Positions 1 to 12,427 of a stretch of DNA of 55,681 nucleotides are shown piece by piece. Under the pieces are notes generated by a model. That model was not told the DNA's origin, did not search any database, and saw only the letters and a program-made list of their open reading frames with translations. The stretch is from Octopus bimaculoides (lineage: Eukaryota), in contig NC_068986.1 of the NCBI RefSeq assembly GCF_001194135.2, positions 45,640,682-45,696,362 on the forward strand, read 5' to 3'. Each line of letters begins with the position of its first letter. The stretch's first letter is position 1. A program made the translations under genes and the position numbers.

Positions 1-17
1 AGTCATTATTTACTTTA

Positions 18-125
18 TTTACATTATTTACATTTGATGGATATTTGCCCTCATCTTGTTTGATGACAAATATCCGTCAAATGTAAATAATGTAAATAAT
101 GTGCATAATTGCTCATCTCTTAAAT
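18..125. repeat. Fold-back (palindromic) fragment of a Penelope-type interspersed repeat
   Basis: 18-47 and 67-96 are reverse complements at 29/30. 97-125 is the reverse complement of the repeat start seen at about 2210-2238. Confidence 0.8.
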
Positions 126-166
126 ATGGAACTGTATAATTTAGTCATATTTTTACTCTTCATCAG

Positions 167-261
167 GTATCTGGAGGACGTGTATAAATGTGTTTTGATT
201 CCTAACAATAAATGTAAAATGCCGCCTGACTGGCAGAAAAATTACAAACAGTATGCTTGCG
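167..261 (+). CDS. Exon B0 (second half of a Cys domain), phase 2 to 1
   Basis: ttttactcttcatcag|G TAT CTG...GCT TGC G|gtgagt; [31 protein letters not shown]. Confidence 0.85.
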
Positions 262-2441
262 GTGAGTAGTAAGTTTTTAAAGCAAAATTTAGAATAGTAA
301 TGCGCTAGTGTTTAATGAATACCGTTTAAGAACTTCTCGTTCGTTCAATACTCTATATCACTGTTGTTCAATTTGCAGGACACACAGATACGGGAGAAAT
401 GCCTAGCGGCATTTCTTCCGTCTGTTTACGTTCTGAGGTCAAATTCCCCACAGATTGACTTTGTTTTTCATTCTTTAGAGGTCGAGTACTGGGGTCGAAG
501 TCATCGACTGGTTCACACTCTTTCAAAATTGCTGTCCTTATGCTAAAACTAGACAGAATTATAATACATTGTGAATTGTAAGAGATTGCAAAGTATTAAA
601 ATTGTTTTTTTATTCAACAATCTATTTTCCTATCGAATTTTATTTGAATATTCCAAAGTAAAAGTCATTCTTTATGAATATTCTGCAGTATAAATGTGAT
701 ATTTTTATATTTCAGATAATATATATAAATTAGTCTCTTTTCCCCCCCATTATCTGGTTGCTAAAGGGTGTTTGAAAATCTGCGAAAATGCCAAACGGAG
801 TGCAATTAACGTCAGCTGAGGCAGAAAAAATAATAAAATTACTATCTGAAGGAAAAAATACTCAAATAATCAATTGCAAACATATTGACGCGAGATTACC
901 GCACAATTAAGAAGTTTGTTGCAGACGGCAAGATATCCCATGCTCCTCCGAGAAAGACCAAACCCAAAGCCCTTAAACACCAAGTTGAACGAAAACTTAA
1001 GAATACCACGGGAAAAATCCACATAAAGTGAGTTGTAAGACTTTTGAGGCTGCTGGCATCAACATTCTGCCGAAAAGCATCAGAAATGCTTATCTAAGAA
1101 AGCTTGGTAGTGTCAAAAAGATGGGAATTTCACCTCCCCTTTCGAGAAACTATCAAAAGGTTGTCATCGGTAGAAAAATACATGAAACAAATTTTCCCTG
1201 ATGTCCCATGGACGGACGAGTGTGGAGCAACATTGGATGGTCCAGACGACTGGGATAAAGGTTGGCTGCTTAGTGGACAAAATAACCAAATTTTTATGAG
1301 ACAACAAATGGGAGAAGGGGTAATGTTTTGGGCTGGATTTCTTGGGAGCACAATAATAAGTCCTTTCAGAGTTGCACAAGGAGTTAAAATAAATTCTGTA
1401 AACAATTGTCAATTTCTTAGTGATAATTTCCTTCCTTGGTATCAAAGTCAATCAGCAGAGAAAAGAGCATCGATTATTTTCATGCAGGACAATGCTCCAT
1501 CATACGCCTCAAAATATTCTATGAAGTAGTTGAATGATAATGACATTTCGGAATCCAGTATTATGACTTGGCCGCCAAATAATCCTGACCTTAACCCAAT
1601 AGAGAATTTATGATCCGTCATTAACAGAAAAGCTTATGAGAATGGTAACATTAATGGTAAAACCAGCTTAAATCAATTCGGAGAACAATATCTGATACAT
1701 GCTATAGAGTACCAATGTAACAACTAGAAAATCTTGTCTCTTTGGTTGACAAGAGACTTCTGGAATTGATTAAAATGAAAGGAGGCCGTATTTGGAGATA
1801 TTGAATATAATAATTTGCTATATGATTACTATTCAATTTTGTTCAACTTTCTAAAATATCATACAAAGGTATATTGTCTCTCAAATACATGCTGATATGT
1901 TCAAATAAGCGTTTATTTAGTTTAAAAATTATCTATTTTACATTTGTAAAACTCATGATGGTCAGTATGTAATCGTTAATTCTTCTTATTTGTCCAATTG
2001 TTTTTAACTTGATAATACTGAGAAGTTGTATTTGATACTTTAATTTGCGATACAAATTTCTACGTACTGATGAACACTTTTTTTCATTATTTCCCTTGAT
2101 TTTTTTCTTACTACACCATTTCTTTGCAAATGCATATTCTTTCTGTTTGCAGTGTAGATTCCTCTTTTTATAGTTGAACAGACAAATCTTTTGAGTAATA
2201 CAGTTCTACATTTAAGAGATGAGGAATTATGTACATTATGTACATTATTTACAATTGCCGGATATTTGTCCTCATCTTGTTTGTTGTTAACGCAACGTTT
2301 CGGTTGATATGCCCTCCAGCCTTCATCAGGTGTTTTGGGGGAAATTTCGAACCTGAGTTCTCATTCCTAAGGCCATATGGCGTAGGGGTTAAGAGCGCGG
2401 GCTACTAACCCCAAGATTCCGAGTTCGATTCCAGGCAGTGA

Positions 2442-2497
<56 letters not shown>

Positions 2498-5400
2498 GTA
2501 TGATTCTGCGAATCAGGTGGTCATATTTTAGGGAGTCAGAAATAAATTGAAGTTGTGTATATCAAATGGAAGAGAGACGTGACAATATTGATGCATGTAA
2601 CTTAGAAAACCATTCATGGGGTATTTTGGGTAACGTATATTATGTGATTAGTTTGAAAGTAAAGATAATAGTTTATTCAGGAGTTTATTCAGGAGACATT
2701 TGGAATTTTCGAAATATTTTCAAACTGGCCGAAGAAATATGTTTTTATTGTTTGACAATAGAACGTCTATTTTAAAATAGTAAGTCTCTTTAACCATATA
2801 AGAATATGCTTTCTGGATAGAATAAGTCTACTGAGAAACTTTGTGTTAAGGCTTCTTGCTTCAATGCATTACTATATTTTTTGCAATGTTTTTCCTTTGG
2901 TTAGAACTTACTTGTTGAATGTTCAACATGCAAAAGAATGCTTTTAGGAAATTTTGAGGCCATCAAAGGTCAAAGTGTTATAAAATGAAATGAAAAGTCA
3001 TGACCATTGCTTGTACCATGAAAAAAAAATGTGATGCTATCAAATATCAGTGTGAAGTAAAATATTAATTAACATTGATTAGGAATTGTATAAGCTGGGA
3101 GTGTATAAATTTAATGATTACCATAAGTTTAAGGAACGAATGGCTTTNNNNNNNNNNTAAGTAAAAATTCATTAAAAAGTTCTTCTTCTTCTTCTTCTTC
3201 TTCTTCTTCTTCTTCTTCTTCTTCTTCTTCTTCTTCTTCTTCTTCTTCTTCTTCTTCTCCTCCTCCTCCTCCTCCTTCTTCTTCTAACAACTGTTGCTGT
3301 TGTTTAGCTCCAGGCCAGTACTTTTGGGGAGTAAGCAAGTACAATATTTCTTTTACTGAAAGGATGTTGCTAGGAAAGTGTTCAAATTAAGTTGTATTTC
3401 TGCGTGAATTTATAATAATTTATATCAATTACAGAAAATTCTTGTTATGACATTAAAAAACAAAATTCGTTTAGTATGACAGATGAAGAGAAATGCAAGT
3501 AAGTAATTTTTGTTATGTAAGTACATTGATATGTTTAATGCAATATTATATGATAAATAGTCATCAGTAAAACATGGAAAATATGTTAGTAAATTAGGTG
3601 TGAATAAAATATTAGTGTTCTATTTTAGATGATGAAATTTAGCTTCTCGATGTATTAGTTATGTATTACGCTAGATTTTTGGGAAAATAACTGTTACATA
3701 TCATTGACATGAACACGAACCCAATAAAATATTGATATTACAAAAGTGAAGATTAATAACTATCATCAACCATAGAAGGGCCTATTCTTTTCAGAAAATA
3801 TTCACTTAACAAAATGTTCTTCTAACTTGCACTTCTTGCTAAGTTAAGATAATTAAGAGTCAGTAGAAACATTTTTCAAATAGATTGCAGTGGTGAGAAA
3901 ACATTGGAATCTAGTTTGCTTCTATAATGCACTGTGTAATGGTATAATTTCCCAATGGCAGTTATTGTACTTCATCCAGGACTTATTTTCTAAAGAAATC
4001 TGTTTACCTGTGGTCGAAGTGTTCCCCAAATAAACTAACATCATATTTTATAGGAATTAATTTTTATTTTTCAATTTATCTAACAATTATCTCAATATAT
4101 TAAATATTTCATTGAGATATTATCATCAGCATATCAGAACAGTGGGGGTGATTAAATTTGTAAAAAAATAATAGATCACTAAACCTAAAGACATTCAGTA
4201 TTTAATTTTGTCTTGATACATGATGAGTTAAGATACTGTTGTGAATGGCATTTCGTTTTCACTTCTCTGAAAGTTGATAAAATAAATACAAGTCTTGTCC
4301 TGGAACGAAATATATCAGGTATGGTGTCCTAAAATTATTTGGTTTTAAATAAATATACGATATTATTTTCCTCTTGCCAATTTTGGTTGAAATGGTAAGT
4401 TTACATGATTTTTAAAATTATAAATCCTATTTTTGCACGCTTATTCTATTCACTGTAAACAAGAATATTAACTTCTGGAATAAGCACAAAGTCATTAATA
4501 TTTCGGGCTAAAGTACAGTTGTATCAATCAACCCTACTACATGTCAAGTACTTATCAGATCTAGAAAGAGCTAAGTTGAACATGGATAGATTTAGATTAT
4601 ATCCATAAATACAGTCAGTTCCTTTGTTCTCAGCATTACAATTTATTCCGATCTTTTGCAAGAGAAAATGTTAAATTCTTACTTTAATTGCAATATATTT
4701 TTTAGCGAATTGAACCACCATAAGTCAGAATTAGACAGAGCTAATTGTAATATTCCAAAGGACATAGAAAAAGAATACAAGTCTTTAAAATGTGGTAAGC
4801 TTCTCATCATTTAAATAATTCGGTACTTCTATTTGATGATTGGGCAATTGATGTCTTGCATTCACTTCCTTAAGAAACAAATCTCTCATTCTGATTAGAG
4901 AACTTACTTTATAATAATCTTCAGCCAACATCATTATGATCATATAACTTTAGTTATTTTGAGCCTACATAGCACTTGTTCAAATGTACCAATTTAAAAG
5001 CTCATATTTCCACAAGATTCAATTAATATGCTCAGAAAGTGTTTTGAAAGATGAAGTGAGAGGACATACAAAATAATACAAAATCTATTTTGAATATATA
5101 TCCTAGACAACATGATGTGTCTCTCAATAACTAAAACTTTAAACATATTAATGACATTTCAATACAGACTGCAAATCATGCCCTGTTAATCAACAGCATT
5201 CTGCTTATCATTAAGAACAAAATAAGTAACTAATATAGAAGACGGGAAATTTTGTAACTTCTGCAGGATCTGAACACCTCATGTACTATAAACAATATAG
5301 CTATAGTTACACACTACAGGAATATGGCATCACAACTTTTGAACAATGAAATCAGTACACTTAAATTAAGTGACTACAATGGAATATCAGTGGCCTGTTA

Positions 5401-7749
5401 ACATGGACCTCAATTCACACAGTATTCAGAATATTCCATTATACATATCTAATATGGAAGATCGGAAAAGTTGTAAAACAGTCTATAGGATTCAAACATC
5501 ACATCTACAGTTAACTATATAGTTAGCTTTGGTGCAGCTAACAACTATAACAGTGATATTACAATATTTCACCCACCCAAATTTGTAGACTTAAATTAAG
5601 TAGCTGCAATGATATACTAATGATCTTTCTATGAAGATTTTAATCCACACTGTAGTCAAGATATAGTACAAATCACATATCTAAGCCATAAAGAACATAC
5701 AGTGAGTCAGGTGATTTCATAAGAGCTCATTATGGCCCATTTGTTCAAGTTGTTATCATTAATTTCATTATTGCTTTCGTTATTGACACAAATTGTCAAG
5801 CTCTTAAAATAGTTAATGTTACAAGTATAGAATCAATACTTATCGAACATCAACCTACTCTTTAAATAAGGAAGAACGATCATTTAACCTTGACACAACA
5901 TATTTCTGAATATATTTCACTGAGTTGGAATAAGGTTTGTACCATTTTTCCTTTCGTGGAATTTAGGCACATGACTTCGTTTCTCATATGACAGAAGTAT
6001 GGAATATATAAAGAGAAAAACAACTAGTTTTAAATCTCTGAGTGAGAAATATGGAGTAACAACACCTAACAGTAAAGTCTATTTGCCAACACAATGACGT
6101 AGTCCTACGCAGGACGATGTTACTACTGCTTAGCCCCAGGAAAACATCTTTTCCAGCTGACTATCGACACTTGGTTTGTGTCCGTTATCATGAGCAAGGG
6201 AGTTTATTGCTCCCTTTGTAGCCTTAATGATACCTGTAGACCAATGGTTTTTGGATTATTTTCCTTCTTCAGTACAGGACAATCACCGGCTAGAGATGGC
6301 AGCTACTCGACCTTGCTCATAGTATATACTTTTAAAGTTACACACAGGCGCTGATCTCGTAAAGAGAAAAACAACTAGTTTTAAACCTCTGAGCGAGAAA
6401 TATGTAGTAGCAATACGAAACAGTTAAGTCTATTTGCCAACACAATGTGGTAGTCCTACACAGCCGGTGATTGTTCTGTACCGAAGAAGAGAAATAACCC
6501 AGAAACCATTGGTCAACATGTATCACTAAGGCTAGAAAGGGAGCAATAAACTCTCTTGCTCATGGTATACGGATAGAGACCATGTGTCGGTAGCCAGCTG
6601 GAAAAAAATGTATTCCCTGGGCTAAACAGTAGTAACATCGATCTGTGTAGAACTGCTACATTGTGTTTGTAAATAAACTTTACTATATATGTATTTTATG
6701 AAAGATGACATTTCAACACAGGTTTTTATACAACTACTGTGTGGATAACTTATTTTATGTTAAAAGTGAAAAAAGAGGAAAATAAGATACAGTTTTGGAA
6801 TTTTCCTCTCTTTTACTCCCAAAAAGGAACCCCCCCCCAAAAAAAAACAAAACAAACATGATCTGTGCAGTTTATGGTGATGGTGCTATAGATGAGAGGA
6901 TTGCTTATAAGAAGTGGTACACTAGGTTTAGGAATGAACATTTTGCACCGAAGAAGGGAAATAATCCAGCCTGCCTACAAATTTTTGATGATCAAACTCA
7001 AATATTGATAAAAAACGTCAGGGTTGCATAGCATAGGACATCATAGATACTCTATGTATGTCATATGTGCATTATAAGGCATTTAAATTCACTTATTTAT
7101 TTGCTTTGCTTTGACGTTCAGGTGTCTCAAATTTAATAGGAACAAATTTAATGGACTGCATTTTCATCTGTGATTCTCTGCTGAAGTCGAACAGGAAGAA
7201 GTTCATTTTTGAAAAGAACAATCCCAGGTGATATAAAATTGTTTACAACCATGCAAAGCGAAAAAAGTCCTGGAGAAAATGAAACGAATCACAATTAAAA
7301 TCCGGTCAGCATTTGAAGGTGATGCTTTATATTTGATGTGATAAGAGGGCATTGTGTATTGCGAGCTCCTTCTGTAAAAGTCAGATGTTGAATTCAGACA
7401 ATTATTGTTCCTATTTAGATTGATGAAAGAAATCAATTGATGAAATTGGCCATTCAGTTGGGAATTGTCTTACTTTATTGTTAAACCCTATGTTTTCTTG
7501 CAGACCTGGTAGAAATTCGTGTCCTACCACACCCACCATACTCAGCTAACCTTGCACCTTTGGATTACCATTTATTTTGATCCCTGAAAAATTCAGTTGA
7601 TAAGGAAAACTTAATTATTTGGAAAGCTGTATAAAACCACTTAAAACATTTCATGACCCAGACAGATGTCAAGTTCCGGAAGGATGGGATCATAAACCTA
7701 CATCCAATATGATAAAAAGTAGTGGGACAAAATAGGACATATGTGGTTG

Positions 7750-7780
<31 letters not shown>

Positions 7781-10700
7781 TATCATCATCATCATCATCA
7801 TCATCATCTATCATCATCGTCATCATTGTCATCATCAGTATTTAACGTCTGCCTTCCAAGTCGAGTGAGATTGGTTTCCAAGAAACCATGGAACTGCTTT
7901 CAAAAATATGTTTTTTTGTGATAGAAGTTCATTATTCAACATCAGAATGGATTGTTGGAGCTCAATAAAAAATTAAGAGGATGATTTTATCACCTACGCC
8001 GGAGTAGTCAACCGTACGAGCGAAAGTTTCAAACTCCAGGATCTCACTCAGGATATGTTCAAATCACTTATCTTCGTGCAAGGACTTATAGCACCTAAAG
8101 ATAGAAAAATTCGGGCAAGGTGTCTCTCGAAAATGGAGCAAGTAAACCAGAATTTATCTCTACAGACCATCGCAGAAGAATGTCAGACAACGGTAAATCT
8201 TAATCGTGATGTGAAAAAAATACAAGAGAAAGACTGTAAAAATTCAAATGGGTTGTCCGGGGAGCACAATAAAAAAAGTGTCAGGCCCCAATCCGTGTTA
8301 TTATTATGGAGGCTCATGCTGCAAAAACAATTGTCCGTTTAGAAACAAAGTGGTGCTAAAGTTGTTAGAAGCTGGGACACAGGAGTTCTCATTGCAGAAC
8401 AAAACTACGAGGCTCAAACACAAAAAGTTTTAAGGTGTTTTCAACGGACAGTGATTGCGACGGAAAAAAAAAAAAAAAATCGTGCACGTAAGAATAATGT
8501 GAATACCAAATTACAGTTAGACACAGGTAGTGACATCTCGATTATAGATGCGGATACTTGGAGAAAAAAACTGGTAAACTGAGATTACGTAAAATAGTGA
8601 AAATATGTGTGGTGTAACGGGCGATAAATTACCTTTTGTGGGCAAAACATGTATCGACGCCACATTTCGAGGAGAAACACGCGAAGCAAGATTATTCGTT
8701 GTGGATAATTTAATCAATCTGTTTGACACAGCTTGGTTAGAACTATTAAATTTATGGCACCTTCCCATAAATGTTTACTGCAATAACATAAATGGTTGTC
8801 TCGTTAAAACCAAGTCTTCGGAAGAACTGAAAGAAAAAATGAAAAAAATGTTCCTGCAAGTGTTATCAGAGAATTTAGGTCTATTTCCAAGTAAGTGAAA
8901 ACGCTGTACCTGTATTTAAAGCAAATAGAAAAGTACCGTTCGCAGCAATTGAAACCGTATGTGAAGAGTTGGACAGACTCTACAAGAGTGGAGAATTTAA
9001 AAGGTTGATTACTCGAAGTGGGCGGCACCCGCGGTATGTTAAAAAAGGATTAGCCTATGTGCCGATTTCTCTACAGGACTGAAAGACTGCCTAAAAACAT
9101 ACTACCATCCACTCCCGACAAATTAAAAAGAAGGCCCTAGCAATTATTTTTGCAGTTAATAAATTTCATAGGTTTCTGCATGACAAACGTTTTTTATTGC
9201 AAACAGATCATAAATCTTTGCTGCCGATTTATGGGTCTACAAAAAGGGTTACCGACTCATACTGTGAGCCACATGCAACGTTGGGGAAAAATATAACTTA
9301 ATTATAATTTCAAAATGCAATACATTCCATCCATCGAAAAAAGTCGGTCATGCGAACTGCGTTTCGAGATTAATTTCAAAAAATATGAAACTACTAGAAG
9401 AGACTATAGCTGCACTCCAGGCAGAAAGTGAAATTAAGTGTTATGACGAACATTATCCAAGAACTACCAGTGACGACACAGTGTACAAGAATGAAAGCTG
9501 TAGGTGATGTGTATATTACGAAAATAAAAGAAGCTTTAAAAAATAAACAGAATAAAAATACAGGTGCCAGTAGTTTTTCAATTTGCGATATTCTGATGTA
9601 TGCCCAAAAGTGGTGGTTCTAACCACATTACAAAGAGGTGTATTACAGCAATTTCGCAGCGGACATCCAGGAATGTCAAGGATGGAGGCTCTGATGAGGA
9701 GTTATGTCTGTTGGCCATCTACGGACCGAGGTATCAAAAACTTGGTAAGAACGTGCCGAGGTTGCGCGCTCGTGGTCAAAGCCCCGCCAGTAAAATATTA
9801 GTCGCGGCCAGAGACGGAGAACCCATGGTCTAAATTACACATTGACTATGCCGGACCGGTAGACAGCGTTTACTACCTAATCATAGTAGATAGCTGTACT
9901 AAGTGGTCGGAGGTTTGCAGATGCTATAGACCAACCTCTAAGACAACTATAAAGTTCTTATACGAATTGTTTGCGCGATACGGTGTCCCTGACACGCTAG
10001 TTTCAGACAATGGAACGCAGTTCTCTGGGTATGAATTCAAGAACTTCTGTAAAAGGCATGCAATAAAGCATATTTTCACTCCACCCTACCACACGAGGTC
10101 AAACGGGCAGGCAGAAAGATTTGTGGACGCCTTTAAGAGAGCGTTAAGAGAGGCGAAGAATGAATTAAGTAACGACGAAGCACTGACAAATTTCTTAACA
10201 ATATATAGAGTGACCTCCAATCCAAGTACAAATTCAAGGAATTTTCCTGCAGAATTGATGTTCGCAAGAAGAATAAAATCCATTTTTGATAAGCCATTAC
10301 CAGAGAAAAAAAAGACGTAAAAGAAATACGAAAGAGCCAATGAAATACACTGAGATAAATGATAAAGTGCATTTCAAAACCTATAGAAACTGTAAAGAAT
10401 GTTGGGAAGATGGTTTTGTTACCAGAAAAATTGGAAGTATGATATATCTAATATTCACACACGGTGAACATAAGAAACATATAAACCAACTTAGGAAGAG
10501 GCATACCCAAGAACAGGAAGAAATTCTCGTGAAGGTGTTCTGTGAAGTATTCCATGTACGGGTACCAAAAGTAATAGAGTCCCGTAGAACCAGCATGAGA
10601 AAAAGAAGACAGACGGAACACCTTGAGATAATGTCTAAGCGAAAGAGATACTAATAAATATGTAAATAAATAAATAAATAAATAAGTAAATAAATAAGTA

Positions 10701-12391
10701 AATAGGCGCAGGAGTGGCTGCGTGGTAAGTAGCTTGCTTACCAACCACACGGTTCCGGGTTCATTCCCACTTCATGTCACCTAGGGCAAGTGTCTTCTAC
10801 TATAGCCTCGGGCCGACCAATGCCTTGTGAGTGGATTTGGTAGACGGAAACTGAAAGAAGCCCATCGTATATATGTATGTATATATATGTATATATATGT
10901 ATATATGTGTGTGTGTGTGTGTGTGTCTGTCCCCCCAACATCACTTGGCAACCGAAATTTTAAAAGGGGAGATGTTGTGCGAAAGTACGAGGCCCCATGG
11001 CGAGAATGGACTGGACCACAACATATAAATAGTAGCGGTCCGAGTACAACGACAAGACGTGTAGAGCTATCAGCATAATCAATTATTAAGATTGTTCCGT
11101 CCTTTTCTCTTAACAAGGAAGGGAGGAAAGTTTTTTCTGCATTATAGCCATACTGAAAGAAACAGTATAGAAGACACGCGCGAAAGGGATTGCGAGAGGT
11201 ACCTTTATTTCCAGCCAAGGTCTAGTCACTTACTTAAGTATCACCTTAATAGTAAGATCAGGTTAGAAAACAGATACCTGACGCAAAGCACATTTCGTAA
11301 AAGATGGCAGAATGTGGAAATACAGTTAAGGATGAATGGAGCTGGCATCTAACCGGAATAGAAAGAAACGTCAGTCAACGATGGTGGGCCTATGAGCCCA
11401 GGTAACTTTCACGTGACATGTGTAAATATTTATTTACAATTTTGTTAATCTTTAAATCGACATTTTTAAAATCGAAATTAATTTTTAATCGGAATTTTAA
11501 AAAAAAGGCAAACACGAACTCTCTATGTTTTGTCTGTCCTTGTACTGGCCCCTCTTCGTTATGCCCAGTGTGGCAAAGTTCGTGCTAGTTCCACAGTTCG
11601 TGTGTTGTTAGTTCAAAGCTGGAGTGCAAATCTTACAGTTCGAGTTAGCGCGTTGGATTGTTGGTTCCTAACAGCATGTTGTTACGTTCCGTGTGGTTAC
11701 TGCCGTTTGTTTCGATTATATTGTTATTACACTGTTGCAGTGTATTCATTTATCCAGACGGATATAACAGCTAGACTGAAACATGAATAATTAAATAACC
11801 AATTTGCTTAACGTGATGAAACTGGAACTTAAAACTATTCTCAGTTGCTGCAAATAAAATAAAATAAGGTATTGGCCAGGTTTTGTACTCAAACAAAAGA
11901 GTATACTTTAGGATGTAACATCGATGTCGTTTTGAGGTGTATAACAATTATGTATTACAAGGGAAATGGACTAATATTACTATCAAATCCACAGTTTCAA
12001 CTTGCCAGAAGCCTATCTTATTTTCTAGGGTTTTCATAACTTAAAACCAAAGAAAAAAAAAAAATTTCTGATTTGGAGGAAATTGTTCCTATTGTAGAGT
12101 AAAGTAGTGTTGCTACTGTTGCAATTTTAATTTAATTTCCTCCTGTGCTGTTCATTTCAATGTACAATGTAAATATTCTCTGGAAATATAGAGATATCAG
12201 AATTTTACCATTTTTATCTTTAAAATATTTCTGTTATTGTTTGTACAGTTTTATCATTTGTTTCATTCTAACAAACATGTTATTTCTATATTTTTTGCAA
12301 TATATGCAGACATTCGTTGCAACAAAGCCAGACAGTGCTCCATAACGATACAAGATTATAGTACAAAGGAAATTTGCAAGTAGATATTTCA

Positions 12392-12427
<36 letters not shown>

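Noticed and set aside
546-2160. Candidate TIRs for the DD37E element (tacattg... near 565 versus ...cagtgta near 2156)
   Set aside because: Similarity is too weak in AT-rich sequence to define the ends.
2174-2232. Phase-1 acceptor followed by ...HLRDEELC, mimicking the A-exon end (TDEEKC, TREELC)
   Set aside because: No N-terminal Cys and no phase-2 GT donor. The GAGATGAGGAATTATGT part belongs to the interspersed repeat also seen inverted at 97-125.
2379-2445. tRNA-like sequence with loop CTACTAA
   Set aside because: No paired acceptor stem, an implausible ACT anticodon and a direct (AAT)n tail; it is a SINE head.
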